Under the pieces are notes generated by a model. That model was not told the origin of the DNA and made no database searches. It saw nothing but the letters and a program-made list of their open reading frames with translations. Below are positions 30,906-40,818 of a stretch of DNA of 64,000 nt, in pieces (within the stretch, counting starts at the first letter, position 1; the number at the start of each line of letters is the position of its first letter). Source of the DNA: Deltaproteobacteria bacterium (lineage in GTDB: Bacteria; Desulfobacterota; Syntrophia; Syntrophales; Smithellaceae); assembly GCA_022710585.1 (NCBI GenBank), contig JAKLGV010000002.1:182659-246658 (forward strand). Reading direction: 5' to 3'. The translations under genes and the position numbers were made by a program.

Positions 30906-32285
30906 ATGAAAAAGATTTTAATTGTTGATGACGAACTGAATATGAGGCTGGTTTTAGCCGCCATGCTCAAGAAGGAAGGCTTCGACGTCTCTTCCGCCGC
31001 CAACGGCCGGGAGGCGCTGCAGATTCTAAAATCAGCGCCGCCGGCGGTTGTCATCACCGATCTGAAAATGCCGGATATCGATGGCATGGCGCTGCTCTCT
31101 CATATGGCCGAACAGCATCCGGCCATTCCCGTGATTATGATTACGGCTCACGGCACGATCGCCACGGCTGTGGAAGCCCTGAAAAAAGGCGCATTTGATT
31201 ATATTACCAAACCTTTTGATCTGGATGATTTGAAAAACATTGTCGCCAAAGCCGTCAAAACCAGCGCGTTGAAGGAAAGCGAACTGTCCATCGCACCATC
31301 GGAGGTGGAGCGCATCGGCATGATCGGCACCAGCCCCAAAACCATGAAAGTTTTTGATGACATTAAACGGGTGGCGCCAACAACCACTACCGTCATGATT
31401 ACCGGTGAAACAGGTACGGGCAAAGAACTGGTGGCCGACGCGATTCACCGCAATTCTCCACGCAAAAATAATCCCCTGATTAAAATCAACTGCGCCGCCA
31501 TTGCCGAAACATTGATGGAGAGCGAGCTCTTCGGCTATGAAAAAGGCGCGTTCACCGGCGCAACGGTGACCAAACCGGGCAAATTTGAACTCGCGCACAA
31601 AGGGACGCTGTTTCTGGATGAGGTGTCTGAAATACCGTGGGAGATGCAAGTCAAACTGCTGCGCGTTTTGCAGGAGCGCGAATTCGAACGGGTCGGCGGA
31701 TTGCGGACCATCAAAGTGGATGTCCGTATTATCGCGGCTACCAATCGTAACCTCGTCCGCGAAGTGCAGGCGGGAAACTTTCGCGAAGATCTATATTATC
31801 GGTTGAATGTATTTCCAGTCGACATTCCGCCGCTCAGGGAAAGAAAGGAAGACATCCCGTCCCTGGTGGATTATTTTCTGGACAAGTTCAATAAAAAGCT
31901 GGAGCTGTCCGTCGGCATGGACAGCGGGATTATGGAAACGCTTGTGCGCTATGAATGGCCGGGCAATATCCGAGAACTGGAAAATCTGATGGAGAGGATG
32001 ATTCTGCTGGCGAAAAATAATCGGATTACCGGGCAGGAAATTCCTCCTGGATTTAAAGAAGCGGCCGATAAGGCTGAAGCCGTTGTGGAGGATGGAACTG
32101 CAAAACCTTTTAAAGATCATATGCGCGATCAGGTGGAAAACGCGGAAAGGCCAATGATTATCCGGTGTCTTGAAGAAACCGGCGGCAACGTGACGCAGGC
32201 CGCCAAGAAAATGGGGCTCAGCCGAAAGGGATTGCAGTTGAAAATGATAAAATATAATCTGCGCAGAGAATCGACAAAAGAATAA
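30906..32285 (+). CDS. Sigma-54-dependent response regulator (NtrC/AtoC family)
   Basis: REC domain (ILIVDDE...DLKMPDIDG), AAA+ sigma-54 activator motifs GETGTGKE and GAFTGA, and a C-terminal Fis-type HTH. Confidence 0.9.
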   Translation: MKKILIVDDELNMRLVLAAMLKKEGFDVSSAANGREALQILKSAPPAVVITDLKMPDIDGMALLSHMAEQHPAIPVIMITAHGTIATAVEALKKGAFDYITKPFDLDDLKNIVAKAVKTSALKESELSIAPSEVERIGMIGTSPKTMKVFDDIKRVAPTTTTVMITGETGTGKELVADAIHRNSPRKNNPLIKINCAAIAETLMESELFGYEKGAFTGATVTKPGKFELAHKGTLFLDEVSEIPWEMQVKLLRVLQEREFERVGGLRTIKVDVRIIAATNRNLVREVQAGNFREDLYYRLNVFPVDIPPLRERKEDIPSLVDYFLDKFNKKLELSVGMDSGIMETLVRYEWPGNIRELENLMERMILLAKNNRITGQEIPPGFKEAADKAEAVVEDGTAKPFKDHMRDQVENAERPMIIRCLEETGGNVTQAAKKMGLSRKGLQLKMIKYNLRRESTKE

Positions 32286-32317
32286 TTCAACGATTCATAT
32301 TCAAGGAGAAGGACTAC

Positions 32318-32563
32318 ATGAATTTTAAGATAGGATTGGTTGCTGTTTTTGCCGTTATCGCCCTTATTTTTCTGGCGCAAAATATTGACGTTGTGACAAT
32401 GAAATTTCTGCTCTGGGAGCTTTCCATGTCGCGGGCTGTGCTGCTATTCTTTTCTCTGTTCACCGGTTTTATGATCGGCTGGTTTTTGAACAGTTATCTG
32501 TCCTATCGGAAAGACAAACAAGAAATTAAAAAGTTAAATGAAAAATTTAATATTAAACGGTGA
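32318..32563 (+). CDS. LapA-domain (DUF1049) small inner-membrane protein
   Basis: 81 aa with two TM helices and a basic C-terminal tail. It resembles the LapA/YciS N-terminal domain. Confidence 0.6.
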   Translation: MNFKIGLVAVFAVIALIFLAQNIDVVTMKFLLWELSMSRAVLLFFSLFTGFMIGWFLNSYLSYRKDKQEIKKLNEKFNIKR

Positions 32564-32647
32564 TCCATACGAAGGTAATATTAACCATTTATGGGATTGC
32601 CATAAAACGAATCTTAAATTATTCTTTGAACGTCTTTCCTTATGTCA

Positions 32648-32679
32648 TCATTCCTCACATGGGCCTAGCGGGAATCCAG
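32648..32679. repeat. Degenerate copy of the GC-rich palindromic element also seen in mod (TCATTCC...GCGGGAATCCAG)
   Basis: TCATTCC lies at 32648-32654 and GCGGGAATCCAG at 32668-32679, in the gap between convergent genes. The same two strings, in the same order, occur at 50953-50978. Confidence 0.3.
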
Positions 32680-32733
32680 TTTATCAATTAAGTGTTGTGT
32701 CCGCATGCATTCCCGTGCGAAGACATTGCCTCC

Positions 32734-33942
32734 TCAGCGTGGAATGCAGTCTCCGCTACTGGTGTACGCCTTGCACTTACTCCATTCGGAAGGCGGCAGG
32801 CAGTATTTGACCTGCATCTGGATATCCTTGTCACCCCCCAGCAGATAACCATTCTTCTCGAGCTGAACCCGGGTGTATCCAAACGCCTCGCACCACGGAA
32901 AATCCCCTTCGTGCTTGCACCAGTGCTCCCGCGCCCTGATGGTAATATCCTTGGAATAGGTGACGGTCTTTTTATGAAGTTCGATGGTTCTGTCCATCGT
33001 GTAGGGGCACCGGACCGTCATGACGATCTCCTCCGATGAACAAAACAGAACAACGCTCGTCCGGCGGGCCCGGAACTCGGAAATCCGGTCAAGGGCCTCC
33101 GCCCGGGTGGCGCACTGCATCGCCGCCGAGTTCAATGCAGTCTCGGTGACGGCCAGCGCCTCGTGCAGTTTTCCCCGACAGTTATCGGCGCGAACCGCTT
33201 CCAGTGTCTTGATGGCGGATTGCCCCGATTCCAAGGCAAGAACGCACGGCCGAGCGGTTTTACAAAGATCGCCAACCGTGTTCTGTGCGCCGGACAGGCG
33301 GGTTTTCACTGTAGCGTACTGTGTTGAGAGATTTCCAGAGGCAATCCCGGCGCAGTTGCGCCCCCAGTCCTTATCGATAAGCACGAGATTATGCACGGCC
33401 ATGTCATATTCCGCCTCGCGAAACAAACACCTGGTGTCAGCCACCGACTGCAGGAGGTTGGCATTGGCTTGCTGTGCCTCCACCAGCTTGCGACAGACGC
33501 ATCGATCGGCAAAACCCCTCATCGCATTATCTACGGCCTTGTATCCGTCCACGGCGACAGCGTCCTGCGGCATCCCGCGGCAAGGTTCATTCCGGGATTT
33601 CAGCAGCCGGGCATACTTTTCTTCGCCAAACCGGTTGCACGAGGCCTGATTCAGGGCATGCGCCAGCTGGCGGTATTCGGCGAGACGGTCGTCGCAGGCC
33701 TGAAGCCGGTCAAGCTGTGCAGACCCTTTAATGTTCAGTCGCGGCGTCTCGGCCGGCGGGTTTCTGGAATCACGGAGCTCCGCTAGTGTCCCGCCACCGG
33801 AGCTCCGGACGGGCGTCACGGTGCGCATCGCATTGGCTCTGGGCAGATCGTTGGCCTGAGCCGTGCAAAGGTTAAAAAGCAACCCCAGAAAAACCAACAC
33901 GACAACCTGTCCACATCGAGACCTGTATAATTTCTGACACAT
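32734..33942 (-). CDS. Secreted Cys-rich protein of unknown function
   Basis: ATG 33942 is preceded by GGAGG. The signal peptide is MCQKLYRSRCGQVVVLVFLGLLFNLCTAQA. Many Cys residues bound helical segments. The gene is visibly GC-rich. The track ORF extends to 34026. Confidence 0.6.
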   Translation of the reverse strand: MCQKLYRSRCGQVVVLVFLGLLFNLCTAQANDLPRANAMRTVTPVRSSGGGTLAELRDSRNPPAETPRLNIKGSAQLDRLQACDDRLAEYRQLAHALNQASCNRFGEEKYARLLKSRNEPCRGMPQDAVAVDGYKAVDNAMRGFADRCVCRKLVEAQQANANLLQSVADTRCLFREAEYDMAVHNLVLIDKDWGRNCAGIASGNLSTQYATVKTRLSGAQNTVGDLCKTARPCVLALESGQSAIKTLEAVRADNCRGKLHEALAVTETALNSAAMQCATRAEALDRISEFRARRTSVVLFCSSEEIVMTVRCPYTMDRTIELHKKTVTYSKDITIRAREHWCKHEGDFPWCEAFGYTRVQLEKNGYLLGGDKDIQMQVKYCLPPSEWSKCKAYTSSGDCIPR

Positions 33943-34074
33943 AAAACCTCCACGGAGCATTAGACTGATTGATAAGAAATTTCTTTTTGCGGGTGTGAGT
34001 ATAAGAGGCGCGTTCCTGTGTGTCAAGGAGATTACAGGGGCTCAAGATATAGGGTAAGCGATGTCAGCACCCTA

Positions 34075-35070
34075 TTATTTGTCTTCCTTCTTTAACGCTT
34101 TTCCGGCGGGGGCATTTCTTAATCCGTCATAAATATAGAGAACCGCCTGAACATAAACGTCGCTGTGGTTATAGGCAAAGACAGCCTGATACCTGCTTTC
34201 GTAATGATTAATATGCTCGCCGGACAGTTGATGATGATACAGATAATTTTCCACGCTGAAGATCGTATCGTCGACGGAAAACGGGTCCATATCTTTGTTG
34301 ATGCCGTTGGCGTCGATGAAAAAATCCAGCAGGGATGAGGGAATGAACTGCCCCCAGCCGATTGCTCCGGCGTAGGAACCGGTAAAATCATGCGGCGCGC
34401 GGCCGGTCATGTCTGCAAATTTGTAAAGCGCGGTGATTTCCCGGACGGCAAAGTCTTTCCGTTCGGTGAAAACATATTGCGACACCAGCGCGTTGAACGC
34501 AGAGAAACTGCCGCGCTGACCGCTGTCGACGAAATTGGTCTCCATGCCGATGATCGCGGCAATCAATTCCTTGTGAATGCCGTGTTTCGCTTCGGCTTGC
34601 TGGAGAATGTCCGGATAGGTTTTGATGAAGGACTTCCCTCTTTCTATTTTCGCATCGACGCCGTGGTGATTAAAATACCACGAAGCGTCGAGTTTTTTAT
34701 CGTGATCAATTTGTTTTTCGGCCGCTTTTTGAAAATATTGGCCCATACTTGGATGAAGCTGAAAATTTTTATGCCGGATTTGCGCGTCGAACCATTCTCC
34801 GGGCACTTCATTCGCCAGGAGCGCCTGCTTCAGCTCTTCAATCTTTACGGAGGTGTCGGAAGCGGCGTCGGGCGCTTTCGTGACAATCGGGACGGTCGCC
34901 TCGCAGCAAGCTTGCGCGGGTTCACTTTTTTGAAGCTTTTGCTGATCTGCCGCGCACGCAGTCAGCAATAAAAAAACGGAAAAAGCCAGCAGCAAATATC
35001 GCAACTTTCTGCTGTCGCATTTCTTTGTGGTTATCTTATCTTTTCCCTGCTGCGTCATTAAACTATCCAA
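34075..35070 (-). CDS. Lytic murein transglycosylase lipoprotein (MltB/SLT_2-like)
   Basis: Lipobox LLLTAC. IGMETNF and GAIGWGQFIPSS resemble the MltB catalytic-region motifs. Confidence 0.75.
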   Translation of the reverse strand: MDSLMTQQGKDKITTKKCDSRKLRYLLLAFSVFLLLTACAADQQKLQKSEPAQACCEATVPIVTKAPDAASDTSVKIEELKQALLANEVPGEWFDAQIRHKNFQLHPSMGQYFQKAAEKQIDHDKKLDASWYFNHHGVDAKIERGKSFIKTYPDILQQAEAKHGIHKELIAAIIGMETNFVDSGQRGSFSAFNALVSQYVFTERKDFAVREITALYKFADMTGRAPHDFTGSYAGAIGWGQFIPSSLLDFFIDANGINKDMDPFSVDDTIFSVENYLYHHQLSGEHINHYESRYQAVFAYNHSDVYVQAVLYIYDGLRNAPAGKALKKEDK

Positions 35071-35263
35071 TGGAATACGAGATGCGTCTTTATGATCATT
35101 TTAAGCGATATTGTCAAATCTTTTCGCGTTGATTTGACCATCGTTATCAGAGATGGAATATCTTGTAAACCCACGGAGGTTCATGTATAAAATCATAAGT
35201 ATTCTTTGTCGGGCATTAACGTCAAAGTAGATATCATAAGCCATCATGACAAAAGGGGGGATT

Positions 35264-36394
35264 ATGCTGACCAGGCAGGACATCATTGAGGAAGCGAAGC
35301 GTCTTAAGTTTGCCGATATCGGCTTTACAACGGCCGAGCCTTTTGAATCGCAGAGGGATTACCTGCTGAAGAGTCAGGAAACTTACGGATGGGCGGAAAC
35401 CGTCGGTCTGGGACTGGTTGCCGGGACGGATCCAAAAAATATTCTGGCCGGAGCGAAATCGATTATTGTTGTTCTGGAATCGTATTTTGAGGAGTCTTTT
35501 CCGCCGCAGCTGGAGCGTCACTTCGGCCGCTGTTATCTCGATGATGACCGCGTGACAAAGGACGGCATGGCATTGAAAATCAAAGCGCTCCGGAATTTCC
35601 TGCGGGACAATGGAATTGATTCCAAAGTCCCGTTTAACCTGCCGCACCGTTTATCTGCCGCCCGCGCGGGGTTGGGCACTTTCGGTAAGAACTGTCTTTT
35701 TTACGCGCGCCGCGCCGCCGGCGAGAGTTCTTTTGTCTTTCCCATCGCCCTGGTTGTGGACTGTGAATTTCCCGCGGATGAACCGACTGTGTCCATCGGC
35801 TGTCCTGACTGGTGCCGCAACGCCTGCGTGGCGGCATGTCCCACCCGCGCCCTCAAAGGAGACTGCAAGATCGATCCCCGACGCTGCATTTCCTTTTTAA
35901 CTTATTACGGGGAAGGACTCACCCCGATGGAACTTCGTGAACCGATGGGGCTGTGCGTTTACGGATGTGACCGCTGCCAGAATGTTTGTCCCCGTAATAT
36001 AAACTGGATCCAGAGGGAAAGAAGTCAGAATCAGCGGGTACTCAAAAAAGCGGCCGGTCTGGAGCTCACCCGGCTTCTGCATATGGATAAACCTTACTTC
36101 CTGCAAAAAGTTTGGCCGCATATGTTTTATATGTCCGCTGACGATCTCTGGCGCTGGAAGATGAACGCTGCCCGCGCCATGGGCAACAGCCGTCATCCGG
36201 ATTACGTCGGCGAACTGATTCGGGCCTTCACGGAAAATTCCGATGAACGCGTTCGTTGTATGATCGCCTGGGCACTGGGGCGCATCGGCAATCAGGAGGC
36301 GATCTCCGGGTTGAAAAGGTTTGATGCGATGACGGACGGAATAGTCAGGGACGAGATAAAACAGGCTCTGGCATCAGCCGGGGCAAAACGCTAA
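35264..36394 (+). CDS. Epoxyqueuosine reductase QueG-like protein (two 4Fe-4S motifs + C-terminal HEAT-like repeats)
   Basis: ATG follows GGGGGG. Cys clusters are CPDWCRNACVAACP and CVYGCDRCQNVCP. The C-terminus has the HEAT-type segments NAARAMGN...VRCMIAWALGRIG. The first cluster spacing differs from the canonical CxxCxxCxxxCP, so the assignment is tentative. Confidence 0.6.
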   Translation: MLTRQDIIEEAKRLKFADIGFTTAEPFESQRDYLLKSQETYGWAETVGLGLVAGTDPKNILAGAKSIIVVLESYFEESFPPQLERHFGRCYLDDDRVTKDGMALKIKALRNFLRDNGIDSKVPFNLPHRLSAARAGLGTFGKNCLFYARRAAGESSFVFPIALVVDCEFPADEPTVSIGCPDWCRNACVAACPTRALKGDCKIDPRRCISFLTYYGEGLTPMELREPMGLCVYGCDRCQNVCPRNINWIQRERSQNQRVLKKAAGLELTRLLHMDKPYFLQKVWPHMFYMSADDLWRWKMNAARAMGNSRHPDYVGELIRAFTENSDERVRCMIAWALGRIGNQEAISGLKRFDAMTDGIVRDEIKQALASAGAKR

Positions 36395-36401
36395 ACAACG
36401 T

Positions 36402-36878
36402 TTATTCTTCGGCGGAGATATTAATCACTTCAAAGTTACGTGTGCCACCTGGCGTCTTCACGCTGATTTCACTGCCGATCTGTTTGCCGATCAGAGCTTT
36501 GCCGATGGGCGAAGTGACGGATATTTTATTCTGATTGATGTCCGATTCATAGGGACCGAGGAGTTGAAATTTTATTTTCTCGCCGCTGTCGATATCTTCG
36601 AGGCTGACATAGCAGCCGAAGACCGCTTTCTCGGTGTTCAGTCCTTTCAGATTAATGATGTTGGACACCGCCAGTTGGTGCTCCAGCTCCTGCATTTTCC
36701 CGTAGAGAAAAGACTGTCTTTCTTTCGCGGCGGAGTATTCGGCATTTTCTGAAATATCACCGTGGGCCCTCGCGACTTCGATATCGCGAACGTTTTCGGG
36801 AATCGACACGTTTTTGATGGTGTCCAGATCTTTTTTGATTTTTTCAAAACCAGCTTTGGTAATCGGCACTTTTTCCAT
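36402..36878 (-). CDS. greA: Transcription elongation factor GreA
   Basis: MEKVPITKAGFEKIKKDL...GDISENAEYSAAKERQ is the classic GreA N-terminal coiled coil. GGAG lies upstream of ATG 36878. Confidence 0.9.
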   Translation of the reverse strand: MEKVPITKAGFEKIKKDLDTIKNVSIPENVRDIEVARAHGDISENAEYSAAKERQSFLYGKMQELEHQLAVSNIINLKGLNTEKAVFGCYVSLEDIDSGEKIKFQLLGPYESDINQNKISVTSPIGKALIGKQIGSEISVKTPGGTRNFEVINISAEE

Positions 36879-37061
36879 GACCACTCCGGATTCTTTTTCT
36901 ACTCCTGACGTGATTTGCGCAAACAACGGGCAGGATCCATACGGGGATTTTGTTTATTAGAGAATAATAGGCCTGTCAAGAAACATTTCACGGAAACATT
37001 TCATAGCCCGAATGATTCAATTGTGCTATTTAAGACACAACAAGGAAAGGTCTTAAAAGCT

Positions 37062-38054
37062 ATGCTGGATAAATACAGTCGAGAAATAAATTACCTGCGC
37101 GTTTCCATTACCGACCGCTGCAATCTGCACTGCGTGTATTGCCGTCCCAAGGAAGGCATTTCTCTGCAGGGCCATGAAGATATTTTACGCTACGAGGAAA
37201 TCCTCCGCGTCGTGTCTCTGGCGGTGAGAATGGGATTAATCAAGGTGCGGGTGACGGGAGGAGAGCCGCTGGTGCGCCGGAGATGCGTCGAGTTTCTTGC
37301 TGCTCTGAAAAAAATAGATGGTCTGAAGGACATCAGCCTGACGACCAACGGAATTCTTCTGGAAGAATTCGCCGGGCAGATGTTTGACGCCGGCGTCCGC
37401 CGCATCAATGTCAGTCTGGATTCTCTAGATAAGGATAAATATTTCAGAATTACCAACGGTGGAAATCTTGATGCCGTTTTGCGCGGAATCATTCATGCTC
37501 AAGAAGTCGGTTTTTCGCCGATCAAAATCAACACGGTTCTTATCAAGGGATTCAATGATAACGAAGCGCTGGAGTTTGCGCGTCTGGCAGCCGAAATGCC
37601 TTTTCAGGTTCGATTCATCGAGTTGATGCCGATGGGTAAAACAAATCTCCGTGATGGCGAGGAATATATGCCGGCGACAGAGTTGATTGAAAAAATAAGC
37701 CAGACTTTCGCGCTGGAGCCGTTAAAAGGCAAGAAAAATAAATCGGACGGTCCGGCCCGGATTTATAAGATAAAAAACGGGCAAGGTGAAATCGGTTTTA
37801 TCAATCCGGTCAGTGATCATTTCTGTTCCACCTGCAACCGCCTGCGGCTGACGTCCGACGGAAAACTCAGAGCCTGTCTGCTCAATGAAGCGGAAGTGGA
37901 TTTAAAAGCAGCGTTGCGGGAAAATTGCAGCGACGCGGAGCTGGAGAAACTCATCTGGGATGCCGTCTTATTAAAACCCAGGAAGCACGATGTTGTTTGC
38001 ACGGACAACACCATGAAAAAATGCACGCGGATCATGTCGGAGATCGGCGGTTGA
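37062..38054 (+). CDS. moaA: GTP 3',8-cyclase MoaA (radical SAM)
   Basis: YLRVSITDRCNLHCVYCRP cluster motif, with a C-terminal CSTCNRLRLTSDGKLRAC second-cluster region. AAGGAAAGG lies upstream. The track ORF starts at 36915. Confidence 0.9.
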   Translation: MLDKYSREINYLRVSITDRCNLHCVYCRPKEGISLQGHEDILRYEEILRVVSLAVRMGLIKVRVTGGEPLVRRRCVEFLAALKKIDGLKDISLTTNGILLEEFAGQMFDAGVRRINVSLDSLDKDKYFRITNGGNLDAVLRGIIHAQEVGFSPIKINTVLIKGFNDNEALEFARLAAEMPFQVRFIELMPMGKTNLRDGEEYMPATELIEKISQTFALEPLKGKKNKSDGPARIYKIKNGQGEIGFINPVSDHFCSTCNRLRLTSDGKLRACLLNEAEVDLKAALRENCSDAELEKLIWDAVLLKPRKHDVVCTDNTMKKCTRIMSEIGG

Positions 38055-38203
38055 AAAATGCGCAAAACAATACCTTTTTACGAAAAATAATGTATAATTC
38101 AGCCTCGAGGTTCAAAAGAAAACAGCGGGATGACGCTATCCAGGCGGACACCCCGTAAATTTATGATCAAGTCGTTATGAAACTTTGAGCAGGAGCTGAT
38201 CAA

Positions 38204-38992
38204 ATGTCTTCCGATCATCCATCAGCACGGGCATCCCGGGCAGCCGGACTGTCCGGGATACCCCGCCGGGACTTCATCTTTGCGCGTCAGAAAGAGCTGG
38301 TTCTGGATCTGGTGACGCCGCTCCCTGGAGAAAGGCTGCTGGATATCAGTTGCGGCGCCGGCAATAACCTGCAAATCTTCAACGAGAAATGGTGTTCATT
38401 AACCGGCGTTGACGCCTCCAGAGAAAATCTGGAAATTGCCCGGCAGCGCTACGGGGATCATGCCGAATTTGTTTTGTCTCAACCGGACGACATTCCTTTC
38501 TCCGACAACGAATTTGATATTGTGACCCTCATCAATTGCCTGGAAGTAGCCGAAAATCCTCGCAAGGTTATTGAAGAGGCCGTCCGGGTTTGCCGCGGCC
38601 GGATTTTCATCGGATTTTTAAACAACTATTCTTTTTTTGGAACGCGTCAGGGTTTGAAAGAAAATTTCGGTTTTCGTTTGACCGGCGCCATGCGTTTTTT
38701 CAGCTATCCAGAAATCAAGAGGATGGTTGAAGATATCGTAGGCGAGACAACCATCAAATGGGGTAGCGTTATTTATTTTCCCTCGATCGTTTACGATTTT
38801 TTTGAAGAACTGGAAGAAATGTTTCCGTTAATGAGAAATCCTTTCGGCGCCTTTGTCGGTATGACCTTTCCGGTCAAATATACCATCCGCACGGTCCAGA
38901 GTCCGATTGTCAATACGTTTCAGCTAAATAACGGAGCCCCCAAGCCGACTCCGGAAGTCGTGCGTGATATGCTCAAGCAGGTACGGCCATGA
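38204..38992 (+). CDS. Class I SAM-dependent methyltransferase (Methyltransf_11-like)
   Basis: LLDISCGAGNNL motif. The stop overlaps the next gene's start (ATGA at 38989). Confidence 0.75.
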   Translation: MSSDHPSARASRAAGLSGIPRRDFIFARQKELVLDLVTPLPGERLLDISCGAGNNLQIFNEKWCSLTGVDASRENLEIARQRYGDHAEFVLSQPDDIPFSDNEFDIVTLINCLEVAENPRKVIEEAVRVCRGRIFIGFLNNYSFFGTRQGLKENFGFRLTGAMRFFSYPEIKRMVEDIVGETTIKWGSVIYFPSIVYDFFEELEEMFPLMRNPFGAFVGMTFPVKYTIRTVQSPIVNTFQLNNGAPKPTPEVVRDMLKQVRP

Positions 38993-40002
38993 TTCGGGAA
39001 GCGATTCTTTACGAAAAACTTGACGAGGCAAAGGTGCGATGCAATCTCTGCGCCCACCGGTGCAAGATCAATCCGGACAGACAGGGCGTCTGCGGCGTCC
39101 GGGAAAACAGGAATGGAATTTTTTATTCCCTTGTCTACGGGACGCTGATTGCTGAAAATCTTGACCCTATCGAGAAAAAACCTTTTTTCCATGTTTATCC
39201 CGCTTCCCAATCCTATTCTATTGCCACGGTCGGATGCAACTTCAAATGTGAGTTCTGCCAGAACCACGACATTTCTCAGATGCCCGCGGCCACTCGCATG
39301 ATTGCCGGTGAAGATTTTCTGCCGGAAGAAATCGTCGCCAGAGCGAAGAAAAGCAGAGCGCGGACGATCGCCTATACCTACACCGAACCGACCGTTTATT
39401 TTGAACTGGCTCTTGAGACGGCAAAGATCGCGGCAGAGAACGGCCTGGCCAATGTTTTCGTCACCAATGGCTTTATGACGGCGGAGACGATTGAAACCAT
39501 CGCGCCGTATCTGGCTGCCGCCAATGTGGATTTAAAGTCTTTCCGCGATGCGTTTTATAAGAAATACTGCGGCGCGCGGCTGGATCCGGTTCTCGAGAGT
39601 TTGAAGAAAATGAAGGATCTGGGCATCTGGGTGGAGATCACCACGCTGCTCATTCCCGGATTGAATGACAGCGACGAAGAATTAAGAGACGTTGCCCGCT
39701 TCATTGCCGGACTGGGCAGAGCAACGCCCTGGCATATCAGCCGCTTTCATCCGCAATACAAAATGCGAAACCTGCCCGTAACGCCTCTTGATTCCCTGCA
39801 CCGGGCCGTCCGGATCGGCAGGGAAACCGGCTTAAAATATGTCTACAGCGGCAACGTGCCCGGCGATGACGGCGAGAATACGAGATGTTTTCACTGCGGC
39901 AAACTGTTGATCGAGCGCTATGGCTTTCAGGTGGTCAACCTTAACCTCAAAGATAAAAGCTGTCCTCACTGCGGCACAGGACTGGAAGGCGTTTTCTCGT
40001 GA
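38989..40002 (+). CDS. AmmeMemoRadiSam system radical SAM enzyme
   Basis: N-terminal CNLCAHRC...GVCGVR Cys motif, then the GCNFKCEFCQN radical SAM motif. The overall pattern matches that family (PFL-activase-like). Confidence 0.8.
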   Translation: MIREAILYEKLDEAKVRCNLCAHRCKINPDRQGVCGVRENRNGIFYSLVYGTLIAENLDPIEKKPFFHVYPASQSYSIATVGCNFKCEFCQNHDISQMPAATRMIAGEDFLPEEIVARAKKSRARTIAYTYTEPTVYFELALETAKIAAENGLANVFVTNGFMTAETIETIAPYLAAANVDLKSFRDAFYKKYCGARLDPVLESLKKMKDLGIWVEITTLLIPGLNDSDEELRDVARFIAGLGRATPWHISRFHPQYKMRNLPVTPLDSLHRAVRIGRETGLKYVYSGNVPGDDGENTRCFHCGKLLIERYGFQVVNLNLKDKSCPHCGTGLEGVFS

Positions 40003-40064
40003 ATAAAGGTGATGGTGCTATTAAATGAATTAATGTCCGCTAACCCTTTCTGCATTTGAATTTG

Positions 40065-40098
40065 CCGGCGATTGACATATTCATCAATCGCCGGTTTT
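40065..40098. terminator. Bidirectional rho-independent terminator
   Basis: Perfect 11-bp stem CCGGCGATTGA / TCAATCGCCGG (40065-40075 and 40084-40094) with an 8-nt loop, followed by TTTTAATTTT. It lies between convergent genes. Confidence 0.7.
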
Positions 40099-40115
40099 AA
40101 TTTTACGTGGATAAA

Positions 40116-40700
40116 TCAGGGGCAAATCTGCTTGCCTTGAGCGTCTTTATAGACTCTGCACACGCCCAATTCACAGGCTTTTTTGGCGTCGGGACAGCCG
40201 AGGTCTTTATTGCCCTGATTTAAATACGTCAGCCCCCTGTTGGCGAAGGCAGCGGCAAAATTTATCTTCAGATTGATTGCCTTATTGAAGTCCTCAATCG
40301 CCTGCTGATGCTTGCCCAGACTGTAATAGGCGGCTCCTCTGTTGTTGTACGCATCGGCATAATCTTTTTTTAAGCCGATCGCTTTGTTATAGTCCTCGAT
40401 AGCCAGTTCATGCTGTTTCAAACCATGATAGGCGGAGCCTCTGTTATTATAGGCCAGGGCGCTTTTGGGCTGCTCTTTGATTATTCTGGTTAAGCTTTCG
40501 ATTTCTTTCATCGGGTTGATACTTTTTTTCTCTTTCGGGGCTGCCTGATCCGGATGAACGGGCTTAGCCGGAGTTATATTTTTCTCTCCCTCAACAGAAA
40601 TTTTCCCTTGATCGATATTAGCGGCGGTTGTTTTTTCCTTTTCCGAACAGGAACACACCAGGACTAAGGCCATAAAAACGAGAATAATCGATTTGCGCAT
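40116..40700 (-). CDS. TPR-repeat lipoprotein
   Basis: MRKSIILVFMALVLVCSC lipobox. Three or more TPR units are present (AYNNRGSAYHGL, AYNNRGAAYYSLG, AFANRGLTYLNQG). GAGGTG lies upstream of ATG 40700. Confidence 0.75.
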   Translation of the reverse strand: MRKSIILVFMALVLVCSCSEKEKTTAANIDQGKISVEGEKNITPAKPVHPDQAAPKEKKSINPMKEIESLTRIIKEQPKSALAYNNRGSAYHGLKQHELAIEDYNKAIGLKKDYADAYNNRGAAYYSLGKHQQAIEDFNKAINLKINFAAAFANRGLTYLNQGNKDLGCPDAKKACELGVCRVYKDAQGKQICP

Positions 40701-40818
40701 AATACACCTCATTAAAAATGATTAAGAAACTTTCGGGACTCCCTTATCATAACATTTTATGAAATTGAAACATTTCTTGCAGACGCATTGAACAGGCCCG
40801 ACGATACCGATAATTTGA

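Noticed and set aside
29245-32317. Sigma-54 promoter (TGGCAC-N5-TTGC) near the NtrC-type regulator
   Set aside because: I scanned the intergenic gaps around lptD, the kinase, the regulator and the lapA-like gene. I found no GG/GC pair with correct spacing, so nothing is reported.
33020-33786. Several plus-strand ORFs (209, 131 and 85 aa) in the 33-33.8 kb region
   Set aside because: They are artefacts of high GC content, which makes stop codons rare, opposite the Cys-rich secreted protein gene. That gene has a strong RBS and a signal peptide.
36927-37061. Possible Moco riboswitch upstream of moaA
   Set aside because: The 135-nt leader does not show the conserved Moco-motif segments I remember. 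I cannot support the call without a covariance-model scan (Rfam RF01055).
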